A stretch of 64,000 nt of DNA from an uncultured Methylomirabilota bacterium (GCA_963845565.1 CAWJSJ010000004.1:160001-224000); one strand, 5' to 3'; positions 22,521-32,810 are shown, counted from the first letter of the stretch. Notes: a model not told the origin generated them from the sequence alone. Program-made: numbers and translations.

Positions 22521-22677
22521 GGGACACCTCCTTCGCATGGACGGAGGATATGCACTGTACAGGATTCTGTCAAGTCGAGTCACCCACTGGACGCGCACGG
22601 AGGCCCTCGGGTATGAAACAAACCAGGATGGGTGACACCGGTGGGAAAAGCCGTCTACGGGGAGGAGGTCCCTGACC

Positions 22678-22998
22678 GTGAAGAAGACCCGGAAGGTTCA
22701 GCGTTTCACCGTGGTTCTGGAGCGCGACGAGGACGGGTTCTACGTGGCGTCCATTCCGGCCCGCGCGGGGTGCCCCCGGCCGATCACTGGACAGGCCATG
22801 CGGCGCATTCGGGAGGCGGCGGGCAGAGGCTGGAGGTCCGTCGGGAAGGCGGGGCGGATCGCTGCCGACCTTGGATCTGGTCGGAGTCCAGCAGCTCGAG
22901 ATCCCCGCATGACCCGCCTTGCCCCCATCTCCGCCCGCGAGTTGCAGGCAATGCTCTCCCGGCTGGGATTTCAGCTGGTCCGACAGAAGAGGTCGTAA
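22678..22998 (+). pseudogene. Second degenerate HicB plus truncated HicA (from 22909)
   Basis: RFTVVLERDEDGFYVASIPA...RIREA, then MTRLAPISARELQAMLSRLGFQLVRQKRS*. Confidence 0.7.
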
Positions 22999-23490
22999 AT
23001 GGAGAAGGGCACGGTGGAGCGCATCCCTGCCGAGCGCGTTGCGCGGGCGATCGTGCTGGTGCGTGGGCAGCGTGTACTCTTGGACAGGGACTTGGCGGTT
23101 CTGTACGGGGTGGAGACGCGCGTGCTGAATCAAGCGGTACGGCGGAACATCGTGCGGTTCCCGCCGGATTTCCTGTTCAGGCTCACCCGCGAAGAGATTC
23201 GGGACATATCACAAATTGTGACATGTTCGACCATCAAGCACGCCCGCAGCGTGAACGCGTTCACCGAGCAGGGGGTGGCGATGCTCTCGAGCGTCCTCAA
23301 GAGCGAGCGGGCGATTGCGGTCAATATTGCCATCATGCGGGCGTTCGTGCGGCTGCGCGAGACGACGTCTTTGCAGAACGACCTTATCACCAAGCTCGGC
23401 GATCTGGAGGCAAGATCGGACAAGACGCGAGATTCGCACGCTAGTGGACGCCATCCGCCAGCTCATGGCCCCGCCGGAGAAGGCCTGGCG
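22999..23490 (+). CDS. ORF6N domain DNA-binding protein (C-terminal frameshift)
   Basis: VRGQRVLLDRDLAVLYGVET..LNQAVRRN..RFP and AFTEQGVAMLSSVL. Confidence 0.85.
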
Positions 23491-23783
23491 GCCCCCCGAC
23501 GTCCCAAGGAACGCGTCTCGCTGTCCCTGTCGGATATCCCTGTCGCCCCTCGGCTTCGGGTGAGGCAGGGGTCCGGCGTACCGAGTGCGGCGGCCGCGGC
23601 GCCCAGGCGGGCAGTCAGGAGTGGAATAAGATAAACAAATTACGGTCGACGAATTGCTCAGCTCCCCGCAGCGAGCCGCAGCCAGGCCGGTGGCCGCGGT
23701 GTGATTGCGAAGCCGGTTTCACGTGGTATGAAGGTGCCGTCGGTGCACAGATCGCGGGCGCTGAATGGGTCAGGGGGGCAGCC

Positions 23784-24092
23784 ATGACGCTGAGCCGGGA
23801 GGAGCGGGAACGGCTCAAACGCGAGGTCGTGGCCTGTTTGAGCGGCGAACCGGAAGTCCGACGGGTGGTGCTCTTCGGATCGTTCGTGACGAGTCCGACG
23901 CCGCACGACTTGGATGTGGCGGTCTTCCAGGAAAGTGACGAGGGCTACCTGCCCCTCGCGCTCAAGTACCGCCGACTGCTCCGGAGGGTCGCGGAAACGA
24001 TCCCCGTGGATGTCCTCCCCCTCCGCTCCGCTGGGACGACCGGGGAATTCCTGAAAGAGGTGGAGCGGGGCGAGGTGGTGTATGTCCGCTGA
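23784..24092 (+). CDS. Minimal nucleotidyltransferase (MNT) antitoxin
   Basis: VVLFGS...DLDVAV...VDV and GEVVY. Confidence 0.85.
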   Translation: MTLSREERERLKREVVACLSGEPEVRRVVLFGSFVTSPTPHDLDVAVFQESDEGYLPLALKYRRLLRRVAETIPVDVLPLRSAGTTGEFLKEVERGEVVYVR

Positions 24093-24472
24093 GGCGCGCC
24101 GCTGGTTGGGGTATGCGGAAGAGAATCGGCGCGCCGCGGAACTCTGTCTGCAGGCGAACCCATCAACCCGTGCTTGCAGAATGCCCAGCAGGCGGTGAGA
24201 AGGCACTCAAGGCCCTGCATCTCGGCAGTGGACTTTCCCTCAAGAGGACCCACAGCATCGGGGAACTTCGGAGAGATCTTCTCCGCGCGCAGGTAGACCC
24301 CGGACTGACAGCGGATGCCGCCGACCTCTTGGATACGATCTACCTCCCATCGAAGTATCCCCTCGGCTCTGTCTTGCCGGATTTCGAGCCCGACGTCACG
24401 ATGGCACAACGCTGCGTGGCGCTTGCCAATGAAGTGCTCACCGCAGCCGGCAAACGATTCCCCTCGGAATAG
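24082..24472 (+). pseudogene. HEPN domain protein (frameshifted)
   Basis: Across frames: MSAEARRWLGYAEEN...NAQQAVEKALKA...RTHSI...YLPSKYP. Confidence 0.8.
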
Positions 24473-24739
24473 CGCGTTTCGTTTCCCCCCACCGTTCGTA
24501 TGCAGTTCCCTCAGCGACTGTTCAGTCTCGACGCCTTGACCGACCGCGAGCATCGTTGACCTGGTTGTCCACCGCCTTCGGACCGTCCGCAACCTCCTGC
24601 GTGCGCCCCAGCGCCCCTGCACCTCGGCGCCTCTGTCGCCTTCAGGTTTCCCTGTCCCGCTCGCTGTCGCTGGCGCACACGCCCTGCCCGCTGTTCTCCC
24701 CAATCTGCAATCTGCATTCGACAATCCGCAATTCCCATT

Positions 24740-24772
24740 GTGACCCCACATGTCACACATGTATGGCATCCT
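24740..24772 (+). promoter_or_regulatory. Palindromic operator plus -10 box (putative WYL-activated promoter 2)
   Basis: GTGAC-CCCACAT-GTCAC-N10-CATCCT with an extended TG. Confidence 0.65.
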
Positions 24773-24929
24773 CGTCGCGTCGGCGCTTGAACTTGATTGC
24801 CGATTGCCGATTGATGATTGCCGATTGCTGAACAAAGCGTAAGGCGCTGAGCGCTTAGCGCCAGAGGATTCCGTTCTCTGCCGGCTGCCAACTGCCCGCT
24901 GCCAGCTGGCCCTGGAAGGGAGGCTTCTT

Positions 24930-26243
24930 ATGTCGGAACCCGCATCGCCAAATCGCCAAATTGCCCAGTTGCCGCACGCCGTCCTGATGCGTCTGGACAT
25001 CATCCCCGAACGCCCGTGCCTGCCGGTCGGCGAGGTCACCTCCCTTCCCGTCCTCATCCGCCTCACCGCGCCCACCGTTCCCCAGATGGCCCGGAAGCCC
25101 CTCAACCTCTGTCTCGTGATCGATCGGAGTGGCTCGATGGCAGACGAGAAGCTCCGCCACACCATCGCCTCGGCCAAGTTCGTGGTCGAGCGACTGGCGG
25201 CCACCGACCTCCTTTCGGTGGTCCAGTTCGACGAGCGGGTGAAAGTCGTCATCCCGCCGGGACCCGTGACCGATCGGGCGCACCTCTGCCGTCGCCTGGA
25301 CGGCATCCACGCCGGCGGGCAGACGAACCTCTCGGGCGGCTGGCTGCGTGGCGCGGCCTGTGTCCGGGAGCGGCAGGCGCCCGATTACATCAACCGGGTC
25401 ATCCTGCTCACCGACGGCCAGGCCAATCACGGGATCACCGATCCGGCTGTCCTGGTGAAGCATGCGGCGGAATTGACCGAAGAGGGAATCACCACAACGA
25501 CGATAGGTTACGGCGAAGACTTCAACGAAGATCTCCTGACGGCATTGGCCGATGCCGGCCGGGGAAACGCCTACCACGTCGAGACCGCGGACCAGGCGCC
25601 GACCATCTTCGCGCGGGAATTGGAAGGACTCCTGGCGATCGCCGCCCAGAACGTCCGGGTGACGTTCACCCCGAGCGGTCTCGTCCGGCGGGTGGACCTC
25701 TGTTCAACCATGGAGCACCACCGGGACGGGAGGACCCTCACCGTCACCGTGGGCGATCTCGTCAGCGAGGACACCCGGTCCCTGCTTCTCATCCTCCGGA
25801 CCGATCCCGGGAAGAAGGAGGGGTGGGCGGATCTGGGGACGGTCACCGTCACGTACGACGACGTGGTCGGGGGGATTTGTTCCAGGACCCTCACCCACGA
25901 GGTCGTCGTCGGAGCGATCGCCCCCGCGAAAGTCGCCGCCATCCCGCCGGATGCCGCGGTGGGCAAAGAACTGCTCATCCTCCGTGCCGCGAAAGTCCTC
26001 CAGGCTGCCATCACCGAGGCAGATGCTGGCGACGTGAAGGAGGCCATCCAGCGGCTCACCGCCTTCCTCGCCGCTCCCGAGGTTGCGGCAGCCACCGATC
26101 CCGAGATCCAGGCCGCCCGCCGGCGACTCAAGGAGATGCTCCACGATCTCCAGGATCGGGGGTTCGACAAGATGTCCCGGAAGCACATGGTCTATTCCAG
26201 TCGCGAGTGGACCCAGGGCAGGTCGAAGGGAGGGGCTGACTAG
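24930..26243 (+). CDS. von Willebrand factor A domain protein
   Basis: MIDAS motif IDRSGSM, GQTNL and ILLTDGQAN; GGAGG RBS. Confidence 0.9.
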   Translation: MSEPASPNRQIAQLPHAVLMRLDIIPERPCLPVGEVTSLPVLIRLTAPTVPQMARKPLNLCLVIDRSGSMADEKLRHTIASAKFVVERLAATDLLSVVQFDERVKVVIPPGPVTDRAHLCRRLDGIHAGGQTNLSGGWLRGAACVRERQAPDYINRVILLTDGQANHGITDPAVLVKHAAELTEEGITTTTIGYGEDFNEDLLTALADAGRGNAYHVETADQAPTIFARELEGLLAIAAQNVRVTFTPSGLVRRVDLCSTMEHHRDGRTLTVTVGDLVSEDTRSLLLILRTDPGKKEGWADLGTVTVTYDDVVGGICSRTLTHEVVVGAIAPAKVAAIPPDAAVGKELLILRAAKVLQAAITEADAGDVKEAIQRLTAFLAAPEVAAATDPEIQAARRRLKEMLHDLQDRGFDKMSRKHMVYSSREWTQGRSKGGAD

Positions 26244-27457
26244 AGCTCCGCGAATGGCAGGGCCGTGACGCCCGGGGCGAGCGGCAAGCGGACCTCGCCG
26301 GCGTGAACCACGTAGCCGGGCGCGGCCTTGGTGCCGAGCAGTTCGCGAAAGGCGACGATTCCCGAGGCCATCGCCGGCCGTGGGGTGGCGGAGGTCTTCA
26401 CCTCGATGGGGACGAGAACCGACCCCGTGTCCACGACGAAGTCCACTTCTGCGCCGGTGGAGGTCCGCCAGAAGTACACCTCGGGGTCGATCCCGCGCCC
26501 ACCCAGGCCTTTCACGAGTTCTGCGAGAACGGCGGTCTCGAAGATCGCGCCGGCCATCGGACCGGCGGCCGCGTGGGTCGCGTCCCGCAGTCCGGCCAGG
26601 AAGCACAGGATCCCGGTATCAGTGAAGTACACCTTGGGGGTCTTCACGAGACGCTTGCCGACGTTGGCAAAGTAGGGGCGCACGATCCGGATCTGATGGG
26701 TGGCTTCCAGGACCGAGAGCCACGCCTTGGCGGTGTTCACCGCGACCCCGAGGTCGCGGGCCAAGTCGGTCAGGTTGAGAAGCTGCCCGCTCCGGGCCGC
26801 CAGTCCCCGCAGGAAGACCTGGAAGAGCGTGAGGTCGCCGACCTGGCGCAGGACGCGGACATCCCGCTCCAGGTAGGTTTGGATATAGCTGGCGTGCCAG
26901 AGGGCCGGCTCCCGCTTCGGATGGGCGGCGAGTTCCGGGTAGCCGCCCCGGAGCAGATGTGCCCAGAGGGCGCGAAGGGGCGGGACCTGGCGGAGGGTGC
27001 CGGTCCGTTCCCATGGCAGCGGCCGACCAGGTTCGCCCGCAAGCTCACGATGGGACAAGGGCAAGAGCCGTAGGGTGGCGGCACGACCGGCCAGGGACTC
27101 GGTGATCTGCGCCATCAGGAGCAGGTTCTGGGACCCGGTCAGGAGATACTGGCCCGTGGCCGCCCGGCGGGCGTCGATCCGCTCCTTGACATAGGGCAAG
27201 AGGTCGGGCGCGTACTGGACCTCGTCGAGGATGACCGGCGGGGGATACAAGTCCAGAAAGCCCCGCGGGTCCGCGGCAGCCGCCGCGCGGACGTCCGGCG
27301 CCTCCAGGGACACATACCGGGCGCGGCGGCCGAACAGGCGGGCGAGGAGCGTCGTTTTCCCGGCCTGGCGAGGACCGGTGAGCACCACCGCGGGGAACTC
27401 CCTGGCCGCCTGCCGCAGAACGGGCTCCAGGGTACGAGGGATGTAACGGGTGGCCAT
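26240..27457 (-). CDS. AAA+ ATPase (AAA_14 plus DUF4143)
   Basis: GPRQAGKTT, LDEVQ, LTGS, RGGYP, YLERD, KVYFTDTG and EVDF..IEVK. Confidence 0.9.
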   Translation of the reverse strand: MATRYIPRTLEPVLRQAAREFPAVVLTGPRQAGKTTLLARLFGRRARYVSLEAPDVRAAAAADPRGFLDLYPPPVILDEVQYAPDLLPYVKERIDARRAATGQYLLTGSQNLLLMAQITESLAGRAATLRLLPLSHRELAGEPGRPLPWERTGTLRQVPPLRALWAHLLRGGYPELAAHPKREPALWHASYIQTYLERDVRVLRQVGDLTLFQVFLRGLAARSGQLLNLTDLARDLGVAVNTAKAWLSVLEATHQIRIVRPYFANVGKRLVKTPKVYFTDTGILCFLAGLRDATHAAAGPMAGAIFETAVLAELVKGLGGRGIDPEVYFWRTSTGAEVDFVVDTGSVLVPIEVKTSATPRPAMASGIVAFRELLGTKAAPGYVVHAGEVRLPLAPGVTALPFAEL

Positions 27458-28187
27458 GCGGGCTCTCCTGTCTGTGCAATTATGCATTTGGAGTGCACGA
27501 TTGCAAGGCCAAAATTCACCGGCGGCAGGTGGAACAGGGAGACTGCACTCCGTCTCTCTGACTCGCTGCCTTCTGCCCGCTGGTAGCTGTACTTCAGTCC
27601 CCTGCCAGCTGCCATCTGCCCGCTGCTAGCTGGTCGAAACGATGAGCGGTCGAACCGGATCGGCCGGACGGAGGAACGGCAGGGACGGATCGAGGTGTAC
27701 GACACGCAATCCAACCGCATCGGCGAGGGGGTGCGGCAACCGGACGGCAGCATCGACTTTCGGGACCCGCAGGGGAATCGGATTGGACGCACCGGCCCGC
27801 CGAGCACCGACGGCTCGGTGCGGTTTGACGATGCGCGTCCAACCGCGTCGGGCAGGGCAGGCCCGACACCACGGGGCGCTATCAGTACGAGGACCGGGGA
27901 TCCACCCGGCGCGGCAGCGGCGACGCCTCGGGCCCCGTGTGGCTCCAGCGCGGCTCGCGGAAGTAGGCCGATGTTTCCGACTGCGCACGGAGGCGGGACG
28001 GCGGCATTGGGGCGTTCTTTCCGCGTCCCAGCCCACTGCCACCTGCTTCCTGCCAGCTGGTTTCCATGGTGCCCAACGCCAGACACGTGCACGCGGGTCG
28101 GGCTACGCCCTTGCACCGTGCAGAGGTGTCTGTTATACATCCCACCGGGCTTTCGCCCGTCCTTGGAAGCTTGGAGCTCGACGGCCG

Positions 28188-28724
28188 ATGTCCTCAGACC
28201 TTACTGAGATATGGACAATCCATGCGATTCGGGCACAATACACGCTCCCCTGGCGGGGTACTCACGGCATCACCCACTGGGCCAGGGTGCGAGAGGCGGG
28301 GCTCCGCCTGGCGGCACGGACTGGCGCCAATCTGGCCGTCGTGGAGTTGTTCGCGGTGCTGCACGACGCCCGCCGCCGGAACGAGGGGGTGGACCCCGGC
28401 CACGGCGGGCGGGGAGCGGACTTCGCCGCCACACTCCGGGGCACGCTGATTCATCTCGCCCAGGCCGAGTTCGCGCTCCTTCACACTGCCTGTGCCGACC
28501 ATACCAAGGGGTTGCTCGACGCCGACATCACGATCCAGACCTGCTGGGACGCGGACCGACTGGACCTCGGTCGGGTTGGTACCACACCGGACCCGGCGCG
28601 GTTGTGCACCGCCGCGGCCCGGGATCCTGACATGATCCGATGGGCCGGGCAGCGCAGCGGCGGGGAGTATGTGCCACCGGTGGTGGACCAGGAGTGGGAT
28701 GGGGGGCGGCGCACGCGGAGGTAA
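28188..28724 (+). CDS. HD-domain metal-dependent phosphohydrolase
   Basis: HGITHWARV, LHD, HG.RG and CWDADRLDLGRVG. Confidence 0.85.
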   Translation: MSSDLTEIWTIHAIRAQYTLPWRGTHGITHWARVREAGLRLAARTGANLAVVELFAVLHDARRRNEGVDPGHGGRGADFAATLRGTLIHLAQAEFALLHTACADHTKGLLDADITIQTCWDADRLDLGRVGTTPDPARLCTAAARDPDMIRWAGQRSGGEYVPPVVDQEWDGGRRTRR

Positions 28725-28800
28725 AGGAGTGGGCGGAGTCAATTGGAGGATCGGATGTTTTCGGACGCATGCTAGTTCCAGCTTTTCACCCGGGAACTGA

Positions 28801-28862
28801 GGTACCGGACACCTTTTGACGCGTAACCATTTGATTTCCTTGAAGCGCCAATCAGATTCTTC
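28801..28862 (+). repeat. ~60-bp dispersed repeat, copy 1 (copy 2 at ~33813-33873)
   Basis: GGTACCGGACACCTTTTGACGCGTAACC..GATTTCC.TG.AGCG.CAATC shared between the copies. Confidence 0.75.
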
Positions 28863-28983
28863 TGCCAAATACGACAAGTTGCGCGAGTCCGGCACCTCCC
28901 TGCCTCGCCTACCCGCCACCGCGTGATGGCACGAGGGCGTGCGTGTCGAGTCATCTCGTGGTCGTCGTGCCCGGCGCCAGCAC

Positions 28984-29319
28984 CTATGCGGCCCGGACTG
29001 TGGTCTCCCCGTGCGTCGGAATATTGGTGATCTCTTCCGCCAGTCGGCGTTCCGCATGCCACAGGTCGAATGCCTGCTGGAGTCGCAACCAGAGCCCCGG
29101 TCCGTTGCCGCAGAATTTCCCCAGGCGAACGGCCGTGTCCGGCGTCACGGGCGCCCGGCAGGCCAGAATCCGGTGCAGCATTTGTCGGCTCACCCCGAGT
29201 TGCCGCGCCGCATCGCTTACAGACAGGCGAAGCGCCGGCAGGACGTCTTCCCGCAGAATGGCGCCGGGGTGCGTGGGGGGGCGCTCCAGTCGCCGGTCCC
29301 TCTTTGCGGCTTTCACCAT
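28984..29319 (-). CDS. higA: HigA family antitoxin
   Basis: PTHPGAILREDVL, AARQLGVSRQ and LWLRLQ. Confidence 0.9.
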   Translation of the reverse strand: MVKAAKRDRRLERPPTHPGAILREDVLPALRLSVSDAARQLGVSRQMLHRILACRAPVTPDTAVRLGKFCGNGPGLWLRLQQAFDLWHAERRLAEEITNIPTHGETTVRAA

Positions 29320-29333
29320 CGGACTTTCTCCTC

Positions 29334-30863
29334 CTAGTGATATTGCTCCAGGTTCACCCGCAGCGCCTCGCCATCGATCCACTCGAAGGTGATACACCAG
29401 GGGCCGTTCACGTGCAGACTGAAGCGCCTCGGCCGCCCCCGCAAGGGGTGGAAGTCGAACCCCGGGACATTCAAATCGTTTAGCGCATCGGCCCGATCAA
29501 GCGCATCGAGGCGGCGCAGGGCCCTCGCCTGCAGGTCCGGACGGACGTATGCGCAGGACAGGCGGTTAAGTGAAAACTCTGCTCTACTGGACGGGACGAT
29601 GTGCCGTCCCCCAAGGAGAGCAGCGCATGAAACGTCCCCGACGGAATCACGCCCCCGCCTTCAAGGCCAAGGTGGCCCTCGCGGCCCTGAAGGGCGACCG
29701 GACCCTGGCCGAGCTCGCGCAGCAGTTCGACGTCCACCCGAACCAGATCACGCAGTGGAAGACCCAGCTCCTGGAACGGGCGATGGAGCTCTTCGCCACC
29801 CCGGCCGAGCGCCAGGCCGCCGCGCCCCGACGTCAAGGCCCTCCACGCGAAGATCGGCCAGCTGGCCATGGAGAACGATTTTTTGGCCGGCGCGCTCGGT
29901 CGGCTCCCCGATGCGAGCGGCAAAGCGATGATCAGCCCGCCAGCACCCGCTGCCGGTGACGCGCCAGTGCCAGCTCCTGGCGCTCGCCCGGTCGTCGGTG
30001 TACTACACGCCCCAGCCGGTCTCGGCGGCCGACCCTGGCCCTGATGCGCCAGCTCGACGAGCTGCATCTGGAGTATCCCTTCGCCGGCAGCCGGATGCTC
30101 CGGGATCTGCTGCGGCTCCGGGGCGTGCGTCGTCGGCCGCAAGCACGTGGCCACCCTGATGCGGCGGATGGGGATCGCCGCGCTGTACCGGCACCCCCGG
30201 ACCACCCAGCCCCACCCGGGGCACCAGGTGTTCCCGTACCTGCTCCGCGATCTGCGCGATCACGGCCCCCAACCAGGTCTGGGCCATGGACCTCACGTAC
30301 CTCCCGATGCGCCACGGCTTCCTCTACCTGGTCGCCGTGCTGGACTGGGCGACCCGCCGGGTCCTGGCCTGGCGCCTCTCGAACACCCTGACCACGGACT
30401 GTTGTCTCGACGCCCTGGAGGCCGCGATCCAGGACCACGGCTGCCCCGGGATCCTGAACACCGACCAGGGGAGCCAGTTCACCAGCACCGCCTTCGTCGC
30501 CTGGTCCAGCAGCACGGCATCCAGCTCAGCATGGACGGGCAAGGGCGCCTGGCGCGACAACCTCTTCGTCGAGCGCCTCTGGAAGAGCGTCAAGTACGAA
30601 GAGGTGTACCTGCATGCCTATGACTCGGTGACCGAGGCCCAGCAGGGCCTGGCCCGGTACTTCACCTTCTACAACCAGGGCCGGCCGCACTCGGCCCTGG
30701 ACGGCCGGACCCCGGATATGGTCTACTTCGGCGTGCTGCCTCAGCGCGAGGCGGCGTAACGTGACCCGAGCAGAGTTCCACTTAACGCGCCCCGTTTCCT
30801 GTATGCGCTCTCGCCCGTGTCGAACAGGGCCTTCAGCCCTTTATGCTTGAAGCTGCGGATCAT
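29334..30863 (-). pseudogene. higB: HigB toxin interrupted by the IS
   Basis: MIRSFKHKGLKALFDTGESAY (30863-30801) continues as VRPDLQ...HPLRG..VNGPWCITFEW...EQYH* (29546-29334). Confidence 0.88.
29555..30800 (+). mobile_element. IS3-family-like insertion sequence (orfA from 29627, orfB to 30759, multiple frameshifts)
   Basis: FKAKVALAALKG HTH; W..DLTY, NTDQGSQFT, DNLFVERLWKSVKYE and YNQGRPHSAL; IR core TTAAGTGRAACTCTGCTC; GTATGCGC duplicated on both sides. Confidence 0.9.
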
Positions 30864-31239
30864 CGCGCGTCAGTGTCAACCATCACGTTACACCCTGTCA
30901 AGCGAAATATGACCGCCGGTACCTGGTACCGATGGCGGGACGAGCGAACGGCCCGGTGATGGGTCTCTTGGGGGAAACGGCGCAGCGCTTTCAAGTGCTC
31001 ACCCCGGCCTGCCATCCTATAAGGTATCGCGGCCTGGCCGGGGCGATCCTCGTGAACCTGGAGGTGATCATCCGGGGCGCCGGTTGACGGCGTCGGAGGT
31101 CAGCGGCTGCGCTTTACGTTTTGTGCTCATGGGGGTAAGAGAATTACCCTGGTGATCGCCAAAGGGAAAGTCGGTCGAAAGATGTACTGACTTGACAATA
31201 CTCTCCGTAACTCGCAATATATGGCGTGTTGTGGAGGAT

Positions 31240-32046
31240 ATGAGCAAGTGCCAGTCCTGGATTTCTTTTCCGCACACCCGGTCTTCACGCGGGAGGAGTT
31301 TGCCCACTTCCTGCGGGGGCGATTGGTCAAGTCCGCACGTACTACCGAATCCCACCTTCTGCGATACCTCACCTCAGGGCGGATCGGCCGGGTCAAGCGG
31401 GGCGTCTATTTCAGCGCCGGCCCCGGCGAAACGGCTGAGAACGCTTCGCTCGATTTCCTGTTGGTGGCCAGCCGCCTGACGTCTGACGGGGTCTTGGCCT
31501 ACCACACCGCCCTCGAGGCGCACGGGTACGCTCAGAGCCTTTTCGAGCGGTTGTATTTCCTGACGACGTCCAAGGCCAAGCCGCTGACGTTTCGAGGGCG
31601 CCACTTCATCCCGGTGCTCGCCGTCCGCGGCCCTCCGCCGGAAGAAGAAGGCGTTCACGCTGTCGACCGAGGTCGAGCGGCGAGGGCTGCCGTGTCGGGT
31701 CACCACGATGGAGCGCACACTGGTGGATGTGCTGGACCGGCCGGATCTCGCGGGTGGTTTTGAGGAGGTCTGGCGGTCCCTGTCCAGTGTGCCGCTGTTC
31801 GACCTGAACGTCGTCGTCGACTACGTCCGGCTCTGCGGTCAGGCGACGCTCGCTGCCAAGGTAGGATTCTTTCTTGAGCAGCATCAACAGTCGCTCAGCG
31901 TACCGAAAGACGTCCTGGAGCGGCTCCGCAAGATGCGGCCCAAGCAGCCCCACTACCTGGATCGGCGACTGGGAGGCAAGATGGCGCCCGGGTGGAATCT
32001 GCTGGTACCGGCCGCGATCTTTCCACTTGACGGATATTCCATATGA
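31240..32046 (+). pseudogene. AbiEi-like type IV antitoxin / transcriptional regulator (frameshifted)
   Basis: FFSAHPVFT, RVKRGVY, LAYHTALEAHG and ERTLVDVLDRPDLAGGFEEVWRSL. Confidence 0.8.
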
Positions 32047-32426
32047 GTTATAGTCCTGATACGGAATGGCCGGTCGAATACACGGATGAGTTCGAGACGT
32101 GGTGGGAGCGTCTGACGGAGGCGGAACAGGAGGATGTGGCCGCCAAGGTCATCTTGCTCCAGCGCCTGGGGCCCGCGCTCCCCCGACCGCACGCCGATGT
32201 GGTGCGGTCTTCCAGGTATGCCAATATGAAGGAGCTGCGGATCCAGCATGCCGGACGGCCGTACCGCGTGCTGTATGCGTTCGATCCCCGGCGGTGTGCG
32301 ATCCTGTTGATTGGCGGGGACAAGACAGGCAACGATCGCTGGTACGAGATATTCGTCCCGCGGGCGGACCGGCTGTATGGCGAGCACATCGCGAGCCTGA
32401 GGGGGGAGGGTATGACTGATGGCTAA
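32043..32426 (+). CDS. RelE/HigB-like (Gp49-type) toxin
   Basis: VEYTDEFETWW, GPALPRPHAD, MKELR and RVLYAFDPRR.AILLIGGDK. Confidence 0.85.
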   Translation: MSYSPDTEWPVEYTDEFETWWERLTEAEQEDVAAKVILLQRLGPALPRPHADVVRSSRYANMKELRIQHAGRPYRVLYAFDPRRCAILLIGGDKTGNDRWYEIFVPRADRLYGEHIASLRGEGMTDG

Positions 32427-32736
32427 GAACTTCAAGGCACTGCAGGCGAAGATGCCGCCCGGGGCACGGCTGCGCGCCGAGGCCAAGGCGGATGCCATGC
32501 TCCGATCGATGTCCCTGGACGAGCTCCGCGAGGCGCTGAACCTCACCCAGGAGGAGCTCGCCAATCGCCTCCAGGTGAAGCAGCCGGCCGTCGCCAAACT
32601 GGAACGGCGCGAGGACGTTCGGTTGAGCACGCTTCGGGCTCTCATCGAGGCAATGGGGGGACACATCGAAGTGCGTGCGGTCTTCCCTCAAGGCACCGTC
32701 GTCCTGCGGCAGCCCAGCGAATCGCAAGCCGCGTGA
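32419..32736 (+). CDS. XRE/HTH antitoxin
   Basis: LDELREALNLTQEELANRLQVKQPAVAKLE; overlaps the toxin stop. Confidence 0.88.
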   Translation: MAKNFKALQAKMPPGARLRAEAKADAMLRSMSLDELREALNLTQEELANRLQVKQPAVAKLERREDVRLSTLRALIEAMGGHIEVRAVFPQGTVVLRQPSESQAA

Positions 32737-32810
32737 GCGATTGGCTATGATGATTTCCCGCGTTTCAGCTCATCGGTAACCTCCCGGCAGAGCCCAAGGA
32801 GGTGTGAGGC

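Noticed and set aside
21702..26124. DGR template/variable repeat pair (vWA 3' duplicate)
   Set aside because: Differences are not confined to adenines and no reverse transcriptase is present.
27642..27840. Short beta-repeat-like coding stretch (IEVYDTQSNRIGEG…IDFRDPQGNRIG)
   Set aside because: Looks like coding debris but has no clear start or recognisable family.
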